NCBI RefSeq assembly: GCF_041088075.1
Contig: NZ_JBGCVY010000049.1
Coordinates: 25,203-89,202 of the forward strand
Direction: 5' to 3'
Length of the DNA stretch: 64,000 nucleotides
DNA from: Mucilaginibacter sp.
GTDB lineage: Bacteria; Bacteroidota; Bacteroidia; Sphingobacteriales; Sphingobacteriaceae
How positions within the stretch are numbered: the first letter of the stretch is position 1; every line of letters starts with the position of its first letter. Of this stretch, positions 46,908-55,369 are shown piece after piece. A program made the translations under genes and the position numbers. The notes under the pieces are model-generated. The model did not search any database. It had not been told where the DNA came from and saw only the letters and a list, made by a program, of their open reading frames with translations.

Positions 46908-47237
46908 TTGTGTAGGTTGTACTTTGGCTTTTACCGGCAGTTGATGCAAACAAAACAACCTTCCCACCAAAGGCTCAACTTGCGTACACCAAAAGACTAT
47001 GCCGACCGCCTGGCCGTACACGTAAACCACCTCAACAAAGTGCTGAAAGAAACTACCGGCAGCACCACTACCGAAACCATCAGCAAAAGGTTGATCCAGG
47101 AAGCCAAAATCTTGCTGAAACAAACGCACTGGAGCGTGGCAGAAATTGCCTACACTTTAGGTTTTGATGATTTGGCGCATTTTTCCAATTACTTTAAAAA
47201 ACAAACTACTTTGGCGCCCTTGGCCTTTCGGGCCTGA
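46908..47237 (+). pseudogene. 5'-truncated AraC-family regulator (HTH_18 domain only)
   Basis: 109 aa containing only the C-terminal HTH (YADRLAVHVNHLNKVLKE...EIAYTLGFDDLAHFSNYFKK); no ligand-binding domain. Confidence 0.55.
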
Positions 47238-47253
47238 TGGTGTTGAAATTTTG

Positions 47254-47388
47254 ATGCTTCTTCCCTCCTCTTTCTGGTGATGCTTCTTTTACCGCACAAA
47301 AATCAGTGTTGACAGCCTCAGCCCAACCTTTTTTAAAATAGAGAAAGCCTGCTACACTTTCACTAATTTTATGCGGTAAAAGAAGCAT
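47254..47388. repeat. Family-1 composite (partial L, full L-arm, R-arm)
   Basis: Partial ATGCTTCTTCC at 47254, L-arm 47280-47308 and R-arm 47361-47388. Confidence 0.85.
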
Positions 47389-47394
47389 CGGCAT

Positions 47395-47474
47395 GTCATC
47401 CTGAACTTGTTTCAGGATCCCTCAGGATAGGAGTAAAACTTTTCTGTGGGATGCCGAAACAGGTTCGGCATGAC
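47395..47474. repeat. Family-2-related hairpin repeat (GTCATCCTGAACTTGTTTCAGGATC / GATGCCGAAACAGGTTCGGCATGAC)
   Basis: Inverted arms at 47395-47419 and 47450-47474. Confidence 0.7.
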
Positions 47475-47486
47475 AAAAGCACAACG

Positions 47487-47515
47487 CACTGATTTTTATA
47501 CGATAAAAGAAGCAT
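47487..47515. repeat. Family-1 solo R-arm
   Basis: CACTGATTTTTATACGATAAAAGAAGCAT. Confidence 0.85.
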
Positions 47516-47700
47516 TGCTCCCTTCGCGTTTAAAAAATTCCGGCTTGCTCCTTTTTATAAAATATTGATAATTTAGCCACCGGAACCTTTTTTAAAACCT
47601 GTTCATCAACACCAATTACTGACTGATTAATTTCATTTTCCAATTTGGCCAACAGCTATCGCCCAGCCAAAAGGCATGACCTTAACTAACCCCGACCAAC

Positions 47701-48732
47701 ATGCGCATCAGCTTGTCAAAACTTGTAATTGCATTAACCGGCATTAGCATCGCGCTGTCCATTGCCGGGTGCAACCCAAAACCGCAAGGCAGCACCACGA
47801 ATACGCGGTTGCAGCCTTCCATCACAAGCAAAAAAGACCTTTCTAAAATCACGGTTGGCTACTGTTCGCCTTCGCTCAACGCTTCTTTTTACGTTGCCTT
47901 AAACAAAGCCGTACAGGCCAATGTAGAATCGTACGGCATGAAGTTTATTTCGGTGGACGGGCAGGGCGACATCACCAAACAAATCACCGGGATTGAAGAC
48001 ATGGTGGCCAAAGGCGTTAAAGTTTTAATCATCAACCCTTTGGATTACAAAGCATTGGTTTCAACCGTAAACGCTGCAACCCAGGCTGGCGTAGCGGTGT
48101 TTATTTTGGATAGTTATATTGACCCTTCTGCGCATTATGTTTCTTCGGTTTTTGCAAACAATACGTTGAACGGCGAACTGGTTGGCGAATGGGTGGCCGA
48201 AAAAATGGCCGGCAAAAAAATCAACGCGGCCATTATCAGCGGAAACCAGGGCAACGAGGCCGGAAAAGAAAAACGCCTGGGCTTTTTGAGCGGCCTTGCC
48301 GAAGGGCAATTGCGGACGCAGGGAAAAACAAACTTCACGGTCATTTCGCAGGGTTGGGGCGGCTGGGCCAACAACGAAGGTTTAAAAGCGATGGAAGACA
48401 TCCTTTCGGCACACCCGGACATCAATGTTTTGATGGCAGAAAACGATGCCATGGCTTTGGGCGCTTTGCGGGCCGTTAAAGAACTGGGGAAAGAAACCAA
48501 CATTATGGTGGTGGCTTTTGATGGGCAAAAAGAAGCATTGAAACTGATCAAACAAAACAAATATGGCGTTGCCGCTTTAAACAGCCCGAACCGTTTGGGG
48601 AAATTGGTGGTCGAATCGGCGGTGCGCTACCTGAACGGCGATAAATACCTGGACAGGGTAATGTACACACAATCCATACTGATTGACAAAAACAACGTTG
48701 ACCAGTTTTACGATGAAAAAGCTGCCTTTTAG
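47701..48732 (+). CDS. Sugar ABC transporter substrate-binding lipoprotein (ribose-binding type)
   Basis: Lipobox IAGC and a Peripla_BP-like pattern. Confidence 0.85.
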   Translation: MRISLSKLVIALTGISIALSIAGCNPKPQGSTTNTRLQPSITSKKDLSKITVGYCSPSLNASFYVALNKAVQANVESYGMKFISVDGQGDITKQITGIEDMVAKGVKVLIINPLDYKALVSTVNAATQAGVAVFILDSYIDPSAHYVSSVFANNTLNGELVGEWVAEKMAGKKINAAIISGNQGNEAGKEKRLGFLSGLAEGQLRTQGKTNFTVISQGWGGWANNEGLKAMEDILSAHPDINVLMAENDAMALGALRAVKELGKETNIMVVAFDGQKEALKLIKQNKYGVAALNSPNRLGKLVVESAVRYLNGDKYLDRVMYTQSILIDKNNVDQFYDEKAAF

Positions 48733-48761
48733 TCCATCCTTCAACCTAAAACCCTAACCAC

Positions 48762-50264
48762 GTGGAAAATAAAAGTTTAACAAACCGGGTTGAGCTGCGC
48801 AACATTGCCAAATCTTTCGGCGGCGTTGCTGCCTTAAAAGACGTTACGCTGAAAGCCTTGCCCGGAGAAATCCATGCGCTGATGGGCGAAAACGGTGCCG
48901 GCAAATCCACGCTGATGAAAATACTTTCGGGCGTGCACCAAAAAGACAAAGGCCAGATTTTTATTGACGGAGAAGAAGCGCATATCAAAAACACATTCGA
49001 CAGCAAAAAGCTGGGCATCGGCATTATTTACCAGGAATTTTCTTTGGTGCCCGATTTATCCGTTGCCGAAAACATCTTTTTAAACCGTTTGAGCGAAAAC
49101 GGTTGGTGGCTGAAACGGAAAAAGTTGAACCAGGAAGCCGCTGCTTTGATCGAAAGCATCGGTTTTACGATTGACCCTTCGGTAAAAGTAAACCGCCTGA
49201 GCATTGCACAACAACAGGTGGTAGAAATAGCAAAAGCTTTATCAGAAAACATTAAAGTGCTGATTTTGGACGAACCATCGGCGGTTTTAGGGCCGACAGA
49301 AGTGCTGAAACTGTTTGACACTTTGTTTAGGTTGAAGAAAAACGTCGTGGCCATCATCTACATCTCGCACCATTTGAGCGAGATTTTTAAAATCGCCGAC
49401 CGCGTAACGGTGATTAAAGACGGTGCTTCCAGCGAAACCCTGAACGTGGCCAGTACCGATAAAGACACGATCATCAGGATGATGCTGGGCAGGACTTTGA
49501 ACGCGATGTTCCCGCCGCGCGAAACGGCGGTTGGAAAAGAAGTGCTGCGGGCAGAAAACATCGGCATTGCCGGAAAAGTAAAAAATGTATCGTTGCAGGT
49601 AAACGAAGGGGAAGTTTTAGGGATTGCCGGTTTGGTGGGCAGCGGAAGGACAGAAACGGTGCGCGCTATTTTTGCCGCCGATAAACGCACTGCCGGTACT
49701 GTTTTTATCCATGAAAAAAAGGTGGATTTTGGTTCGTCGGTGGATGCCGTAAAACATGGGATAGGCATGGTGCCAGAAGACCGCAAGCTGCAGGGCGTTA
49801 TCCTTTCTTTGCCCATCAAAGAGAACATCAGCCTGACCAATTTAAAAGGCATTTCAAACGGGCTGGGCTTTATCAACGCTGCCAAAGAAACAGAAAATGC
49901 AGACAGCCTGATAAAAAAACTAAACATTAAAGCACAAAACGGAGACCTGGCAACCGGCAAACTGAGCGGTGGAAACCAGCAGAAAGTAGTTTTGGCCAAA
50001 TGGGCCAACACCAATTGCAAAGTGATGCTAATTGACGAGCCGACACGGGGCGTAGACGTGGGCGCAAAAGTGGAAATTTATAAACTGATCAACGACCTGG
50101 CTGCGCGAGGCGTGGCAACCATTGTTGTTTCTTCGGAAACGGCAGAACTGATGGGCATTTGCGACCGGATTTTGGTGATGCGCGAAGGGCAAATTCAAGG
50201 CGAGTTAAACAAAACAGAATTTACAGAAGAAAATATTTTGAGGCTTTCTATCGGTGCACATTGA
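48762..50264 (+). CDS. Sugar ABC transporter ATP-binding protein (tandem ATPase domains, RbsA-like)
   Basis: Two Walker A / signature sets (GENGAGKST, LSIAQQQ; GLVGSGRTE, LSGGNQQK). Confidence 0.9.
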   Translation: MENKSLTNRVELRNIAKSFGGVAALKDVTLKALPGEIHALMGENGAGKSTLMKILSGVHQKDKGQIFIDGEEAHIKNTFDSKKLGIGIIYQEFSLVPDLSVAENIFLNRLSENGWWLKRKKLNQEAAALIESIGFTIDPSVKVNRLSIAQQQVVEIAKALSENIKVLILDEPSAVLGPTEVLKLFDTLFRLKKNVVAIIYISHHLSEIFKIADRVTVIKDGASSETLNVASTDKDTIIRMMLGRTLNAMFPPRETAVGKEVLRAENIGIAGKVKNVSLQVNEGEVLGIAGLVGSGRTETVRAIFAADKRTAGTVFIHEKKVDFGSSVDAVKHGIGMVPEDRKLQGVILSLPIKENISLTNLKGISNGLGFINAAKETENADSLIKKLNIKAQNGDLATGKLSGGNQQKVVLAKWANTNCKVMLIDEPTRGVDVGAKVEIYKLINDLAARGVATIVVSSETAELMGICDRILVMREGQIQGELNKTEFTEENILRLSIGAH

Positions 50265-50325
50265 CCATAAAAATTGTTCAAACTTTTGTTTTTATGAGAA
50301 CAAGATTATTTACAACGACATCAAC

Positions 50326-50450
50326 TCATCCCCCTAACCCCCTTCAAAGGGGGGAAGCCTATCGCCTACCTTTCTAAAGTTCAAAAGATTGGGGATGAAA
50401 AGATATGCGCCCTGGTCCTTTTCCCCCTTTGAAGGGGGCCAGGGGGATGA
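50326..50450. repeat. Family-3 inverted hairpin pair (TCATCCCCCTAACCCCCTTCAAAGGGGG type)
   Basis: Arms at 50326-50354 and 50421-50450, each internally palindromic; located between the ABC ATPase and permease genes. Confidence 0.8.
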
Positions 50451-50479
50451 CCTTAATTTTTACCCGATAAAAGAAGCAT
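50451..50479. repeat. Family-1 solo R-arm
   Basis: CCTTAATTTTTACCCGATAAAAGAAGCAT. Confidence 0.8.
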
Positions 50480-50532
50480 CCGGAAATGAGTTTAAACGAA
50501 TTAAAATTAAACCAAAACCAAACCAACAAATA

Positions 50533-51477
50533 ATGGGGACAACCTTTAAAAACCCGGTCCAGTTTATTATCAGGCACAACACGATTGTCATTTTTTTGAT
50601 CATGTTGCTGGTTTCGGCCATGATGTCTGATGCTTTTTTTACCGCCAATAATTTGTCAAACTTGATCCGGCAGTTGGCACCGGTCGGCATCGTGAGCATG
50701 GGTATGTTGCTGGTTATTTTAACTGGTGGAATTGATTTGTCGGTAGGTTCAGTTGTAGCCATGGCTGGCGTATTGGTTGCCTTGTTTTCTCAATCCATGC
50801 CGCTTTCCGTGGCTATTTTGGCTGCACTTGGCTCCGGTATTTTGGCCGGAGCGGTTTCCGGTTACTTGGTTTCTTATCAAAAAATAGCCCCTTTTATTGC
50901 AACCCTTGCTTTGATGACGATCGTGCGCGGCTGCGGTTTTATTTTTTCAAAAGGCGCGCCCATTATGGTGGATGACCAAGCCGCAGCCTTGACTGATTTT
51001 GGCAGCGGAAGGACGCTCGGCATCCCAAACCCGGCAATTGTTTTATTTATCGTGTTTGCCATAACTGCCATCCTTTTAAAATACAATGTTTTTGGCCGAA
51101 TTTTAATTGCCACCGGCAGCAACGAAGAAGCGGTACATTTGTCAGGCATCAAAGTGCACCTTTATAAATTTAGCGTTTACGCAATTATTGGCGGGCTGGC
51201 AGCTTTGGCCGGGGTCATCAGTACGGCCAGGACTTCGGTAGGTTCGCCCAATTTGGGTGTGGGCATGGAACTGGATGTGATTGCGGCCGTAGTGATCGGC
51301 GGTACGAGTTTAAAAGGCGGAAAAGGTTCGGCCATCAATACTTTTTTGGGCGTGCTGATTTTGGGCATGATGGGAAACGTGATGAATTTGCTGGACATCA
51401 CCGCTTATTCCCAACAAATTATCAAAGGCGTAATTATCATTTTGGCAGTGTTGCTGCAAAGATTTCAAGATAAATAA
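50533..51477 (+). CDS. Sugar ABC transporter permease (RbsC-like)
   Basis: Multi-TM protein of the BPD_transp_2 type. The ORF is open from 50389, but that extension is repeat sequence. Confidence 0.85.
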   Translation: MGTTFKNPVQFIIRHNTIVIFLIMLLVSAMMSDAFFTANNLSNLIRQLAPVGIVSMGMLLVILTGGIDLSVGSVVAMAGVLVALFSQSMPLSVAILAALGSGILAGAVSGYLVSYQKIAPFIATLALMTIVRGCGFIFSKGAPIMVDDQAAALTDFGSGRTLGIPNPAIVLFIVFAITAILLKYNVFGRILIATGSNEEAVHLSGIKVHLYKFSVYAIIGGLAALAGVISTARTSVGSPNLGVGMELDVIAAVVIGGTSLKGGKGSAINTFLGVLILGMMGNVMNLLDITAYSQQIIKGVIIILAVLLQRFQDK

Positions 51478-51479
51478 CC

Positions 51480-52985
51480 ATGGAACAAAAGGCTGTAAAA
51501 CTGAATGTTGAAAATTTATCATCGCTGCCAAAAGCAGTAAAAGTTCCGGGATACGACCGGTCTAAAATAAAAACCGGGATTGTACATGTGGGCATCGGCG
51601 GTTTCCATCGGGCGCACCAGGCTTTTTACACCGACCAGTTATTGGAACTTGGCGTAACCGATTGGGGGATTTGCGGCATCGCTTTGTTGCAGCACGACAA
51701 AAAAATTTACGATACGCTGGTTGGGCAGAACGGGTTGTACACACTAATGATTACGGAAGCCGACGGCACCAGGACTGCGCGGGTGATCGGCTCAGTTACT
51801 GAATATTTGTTTGCGCCGGAAAACCCAAATGCCGTGATCGAAAAAATGGCGCACCCGGATACAAAGATCATCACGCTGACCATTACCGAAGGCGGCTATA
51901 ATTTCAATCCCGCCACCGGAAAGTTTATGGCCGATAACCCTGCCATCCAAACCGATCTAAAAAACCCGGACCGCCCTGCTACCATTTTTGGCTATCTTGC
52001 CCAAGCCTTGAAACGGCGCAAACAACGCGGTTTACAAGGCATTACCTTGCAATCCTGCGACAACATTCAGCAAAACGGAGCCGTGGCCAAAGAAATGCTT
52101 TTGGCTTATATTGCTTTGGCCGAGCCGGAATTATTGAACTGGGTGAACGAAAATGTTTCTTTTCCGAATGCCATGGTTGACCGCATTACACCGGTAACTT
52201 CTCCCGAAGCCATCGCCGAGCTTCAGGATCAGTTTCAGGTTGAGGATGCCTGGCCGGTGGTGTGCGAGCCTTTTTGCCAATGGATTATAGAAGATGATTT
52301 TGTAAACGGCAGGCCGGATTGGAACTTGGTTGGCGCGCAGTTTGTAAAAGATGTACACCCTTACGAAAAAATGAAGATCAGGTTGGTGAACGGCGGCCAC
52401 GTTGCCTTGGGTTTTACCGGTTTTTTAAACGGTTATCATTTTGTTGATGAAACCATGGCCGACCCTTTGTTTTTTAATTTTGTACATGATTTTTTGGATC
52501 AGGAAGTAACGCCGATTTTGGATGAGGTTCCGGGAATTGACATAAAAGCCTACAAAAAAATTTTGATGCAGCGTTTTGCAAACCCTTATATCAAAGATCA
52601 GCTTGCCCGCATTTTTTCGGAAAGCTCGGCCAAAATCCCTAAGTTTTTGTTGCCAACCATCCAGGAACAATTGGCCAAAGGCGTTACTTTAAAAAAGGCT
52701 GCTTTGATACTGGCGGCCTGGTGCCATTACCTGGAAATAGCCGGGCTTCCGGCCAATAATTTTGACGTGCAGGACGACATGAAAAAAACACTGGTAAAAG
52801 AAGCATCGGCATCTGTACAAGAAGATCCGCTTGCTTTCCTAAAAATAAAACCCATTTTTGGAGATCTGGCAGCATCGGAAAATTTTTCGGCGCAATATCT
52901 TTTCTTTTTAAATATAATACGAAAAGAAGGTATTGCAAAAGCCATCAGCGGGATTGATGGGGAAAAACAGGTTACGGCAAACTAA
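51480..52985 (+). CDS. Mannitol dehydrogenase family oxidoreductase (mannitol/fructuronate/arabinitol type)
   Basis: N-terminal GIVHVGIGGFHRAHQAFY; about 500 aa. Confidence 0.85.
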   Translation: MEQKAVKLNVENLSSLPKAVKVPGYDRSKIKTGIVHVGIGGFHRAHQAFYTDQLLELGVTDWGICGIALLQHDKKIYDTLVGQNGLYTLMITEADGTRTARVIGSVTEYLFAPENPNAVIEKMAHPDTKIITLTITEGGYNFNPATGKFMADNPAIQTDLKNPDRPATIFGYLAQALKRRKQRGLQGITLQSCDNIQQNGAVAKEMLLAYIALAEPELLNWVNENVSFPNAMVDRITPVTSPEAIAELQDQFQVEDAWPVVCEPFCQWIIEDDFVNGRPDWNLVGAQFVKDVHPYEKMKIRLVNGGHVALGFTGFLNGYHFVDETMADPLFFNFVHDFLDQEVTPILDEVPGIDIKAYKKILMQRFANPYIKDQLARIFSESSAKIPKFLLPTIQEQLAKGVTLKKAALILAAWCHYLEIAGLPANNFDVQDDMKKTLVKEASASVQEDPLAFLKIKPIFGDLAASENFSAQYLFFLNIIRKEGIAKAISGIDGEKQVTAN

Positions 52986-52989
52986 GGGC

Positions 52990-53141
52990 CTTTTTAAATT
53001 TATACGAGAAAGAATAATGATGCTTCTTTTACCCTATAAAAATTGGTGTACGCATCAATCTAAATAAACCAGAATTGAATGTTTACGGTTTTTTAGGCGA
53101 TAAAAGAAGCATCGGAAAATATATTAAACAAAATTTAAACA
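52990..53141. repeat. Family-1 composite element (complete)
   Basis: L-arm 53020-53048, R-arm 53085-53112 and TTTAAACA at 53134-53141. The loop is homologous to the loop of the 9078-9222 copy. Confidence 0.9.
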
Positions 53142-53216
53142 GGGTTTAAATCAAGCAGCTTATCTTTATCAAAAACAAGAAATTTAGCTTTTAATTTACG
53201 CTTCCGAAATAAAAAA

Positions 53217-53873
53217 ATGAAGAATTTAACAATGGCTGCATTTGTATTGTTGCTTTTTTTGGCTGCTTGCAATCGAAAAAACACAAATGAAGGATCAATA
53301 GTTTACCAGCTTGAATACCAGTTGCCCGACAGCCTGAAACAATACGCGGAGTTTTTGCCCAAAGAGGCAATTGTTTATTTTAAAGGGGATTCTACCGTGA
53401 GCATCCAGAAAACCAATCAAGAATCAACCACCATTATTACCGACAAGAAAACAAATTTTATGCGTGTTTTGCTGAAATCCCCCGCCCGGCAGTTTGTGGT
53501 GGATTACAACAAAAACGACCAGGCCGAAGAGATTGGCCAGCTTCCGCCGCACACCATTGCCAGGCAAAACGAAACAAAAACGATCGTCGGTTATCAGGCC
53601 ACAAAGTATTTGGTGAAAGACAAACTATCCGACGAAACAACAGCGATGTGGTTTACAAAAGACATTTCCCTCATTCCAAACTCGTTAACGATGATGCTGG
53701 ATTCCACTTTGGGCGTGCCGCTTACTTTCAGCATCAACCAAAACGGGATGAAAACAAAAACGACGGTAAAAGAAATCAAGTTTGAACCGGTGCCTGCCAA
53801 TGTGTTCTCTACGCCTGCCGGTTACACGCCTTTAACGCCGCAACAGTTGCGGCAAATGCCGGTTGGAAATTAA
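53217..53873 (+). CDS. Lipoprotein, function unknown
   Basis: Lipobox LAAC; 218 aa. Confidence 0.5.
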   Translation: MKNLTMAAFVLLLFLAACNRKNTNEGSIVYQLEYQLPDSLKQYAEFLPKEAIVYFKGDSTVSIQKTNQESTTIITDKKTNFMRVLLKSPARQFVVDYNKNDQAEEIGQLPPHTIARQNETKTIVGYQATKYLVKDKLSDETTAMWFTKDISLIPNSLTMMLDSTLGVPLTFSINQNGMKTKTTVKEIKFEPVPANVFSTPAGYTPLTPQQLRQMPVGN

Positions 53874-53915
53874 AATCTATAAAAAGTTTTTTGCTTTAGA
53901 TTGTACAAGCTAGCT

Positions 53916-54212
53916 TTAATGGTTCAGCATATGGCCGAAGATTTTTCCCTCCGGAAAAAAATGGTCAAAAGTTACCAGGCATTTTTTACGGATATAATCC
54001 GGCAGGTCAGAATCATCATGAAACCCAAAATAAGCCGTTTCGTTAATCATTTCAAACCGGTAATGGTTTTCCAGCTTGTCCATTTCATCCTCTTGAAATT
54101 TAGGTTCGCGGATCAGAAAAAAAGCCAGGTTGTCTGCATCAATTTTGTTTAATGCGGTTAAAAATTGTTTAGCGTTTTTTTCCATATCAGCCATATCAGT
54201 ACCGTTAATCAA
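53916..54212 (-). CDS. Hypothetical protein
   Basis: 98-aa acidic ORF. Confidence 0.4.
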   Translation of the reverse strand: MINGTDMADMEKNAKQFLTALNKIDADNLAFFLIREPKFQEDEMDKLENHYRFEMINETAYFGFHDDSDLPDYIRKKCLVTFDHFFPEGKIFGHMLNH

Positions 54213-54273
54213 ATTTAAGACTGTTTGTTGATGAAATTAAGGGCATGTTCAAATTTATACAAGAAAAAATGCA

Positions 54274-54474
54274 ATGCTTCTTTTATCGTATAAAAATTGG
54301 TGCCCGTATCAATTCTTATAAACCAAAACCAAAGGTTCACCAATTTTTAGGTGGTAAAAGAAGCATCGCAAATAAGTTCAACAGAATTTAAACAAGCTCC
54401 AAATGTTCACCAATTTTTATAGGGTAAAAGAAGCATCGCAAATAACTTCAACAAAATTTAAACAAGCTTTTCTA
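54274..54474. repeat. Family-1 composite element with a tandemly duplicated right half
   Basis: L-arm 54274-54302; R-arms 54338-54366 and 54408-54436; 70-bp units at 54335-54404 and 54405-54474. Confidence 0.9.
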
Positions 54475-55369
54475 TTTGAAATTTTTTAACCACGCGCCTG
54501 AATGCTATTTTTTTTGCAAAGTAAGAACGGCCTTCCAATGCCATGAATTTTTCAAAACATTGTTTTACTTCGGCGGTCATTGCCGGAGCATATTGCTTGT
54601 AAAAAAGGCGGGCCAGTTCAAACCGGATGGAAAGGAAATCGTCTTTGCCCCGGATGACTTTAAACAATTGTTCTGTAAGGGTACGGTAACGGTTCCTTGG
54701 TTTTGTATTGGTTTTGATAGTTACATTGTTATCGTGTTTGCGGTATTTAACAAGCGGCTCTTTAATACTTGCAACTTTTCCGAAAGCAAAGGCAGCTACG
54801 GCTATCCAGTCGTCGTGGTGAAAACGAACTTTATCGGGAATGTTTTTAAACATTTGCCTCAATGCCGGATTGAGTATGGTAGTACATCCGTTTACAAATT
54901 GCCCGAACAATAACGTTTGCAGGTTATGCCGATATTTTTCCTGTTGCCCTACTTCGTTCCAAAACGATGCGTTCAATAGCTTTTCATCCCGGTCAACCAG
55001 CATCAAATCAGAATAAACCATGCAAGGTATAGCTGCATCATCTATTTCTTTTAATCGTTGGATGGATTTTTCTAATTTTTCCGGCATCCATTCATCGTCC
55101 TGGTCGGCAAGTGAAATATAATTACCGGGCGCCGCCAGGGAAACGGCTTTAACAAAGTTGTTGATAACCCCCAACTGGGATGGATTAACCACATAAATTA
55201 GCTGCGACAGCTGCCTGTATTTTTCTAAAATATTGATGGTGCCATCGGTTGAACTGTCATCGCACACAATAAATTCGTCAGGTTTTAAGGTTTGGCCGAG
55301 TATTGATTTGATTTGTTGTTCCAGGTACTTTTCGCCGTTGTAAGTAGCCATTACTACTGATATTTTCAT
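54458..55369 (-). CDS. Glycosyltransferase family 2
   Basis: Motifs ISVVMATYNGEKYL and DDSSTDGT with a DQDD motif. The stop codon lies in the outer TTTAAACA box of a Family-1 element. Confidence 0.85.
   Translation of the reverse strand: MKISVVMATYNGEKYLEQQIKSILGQTLKPDEFIVCDDSSTDGTINILEKYRQLSQLIYVVNPSQLGVINNFVKAVSLAAPGNYISLADQDDEWMPEKLEKSIQRLKEIDDAAIPCMVYSDLMLVDRDEKLLNASFWNEVGQQEKYRHNLQTLLFGQFVNGCTTILNPALRQMFKNIPDKVRFHHDDWIAVAAFAFGKVASIKEPLVKYRKHDNNVTIKTNTKPRNRYRTLTEQLFKVIRGKDDFLSIRFELARLFYKQYAPAMTAEVKQCFEKFMALEGRSYFAKKIAFRRVVKKFQIEKLV

Noticed and set aside
50389-50532. N-terminal extension of the ABC permease in the ORF track
   Set aside because: The extension is translated from Family-3 and Family-1 repeats. 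The hydrophobic permease body starts after the Met at 50533.
54338-54436. Repeated 29-nt units separated by short spacers, which could be taken for a CRISPR array (also at 39643/39783 and 47361/47487)
   Set aside because: The units mostly occur as inverted pairs and are scattered over the whole window. Spacing is irregular, the few direct repeats are tandem duplications that include flanking sequence, and there are no cas genes.
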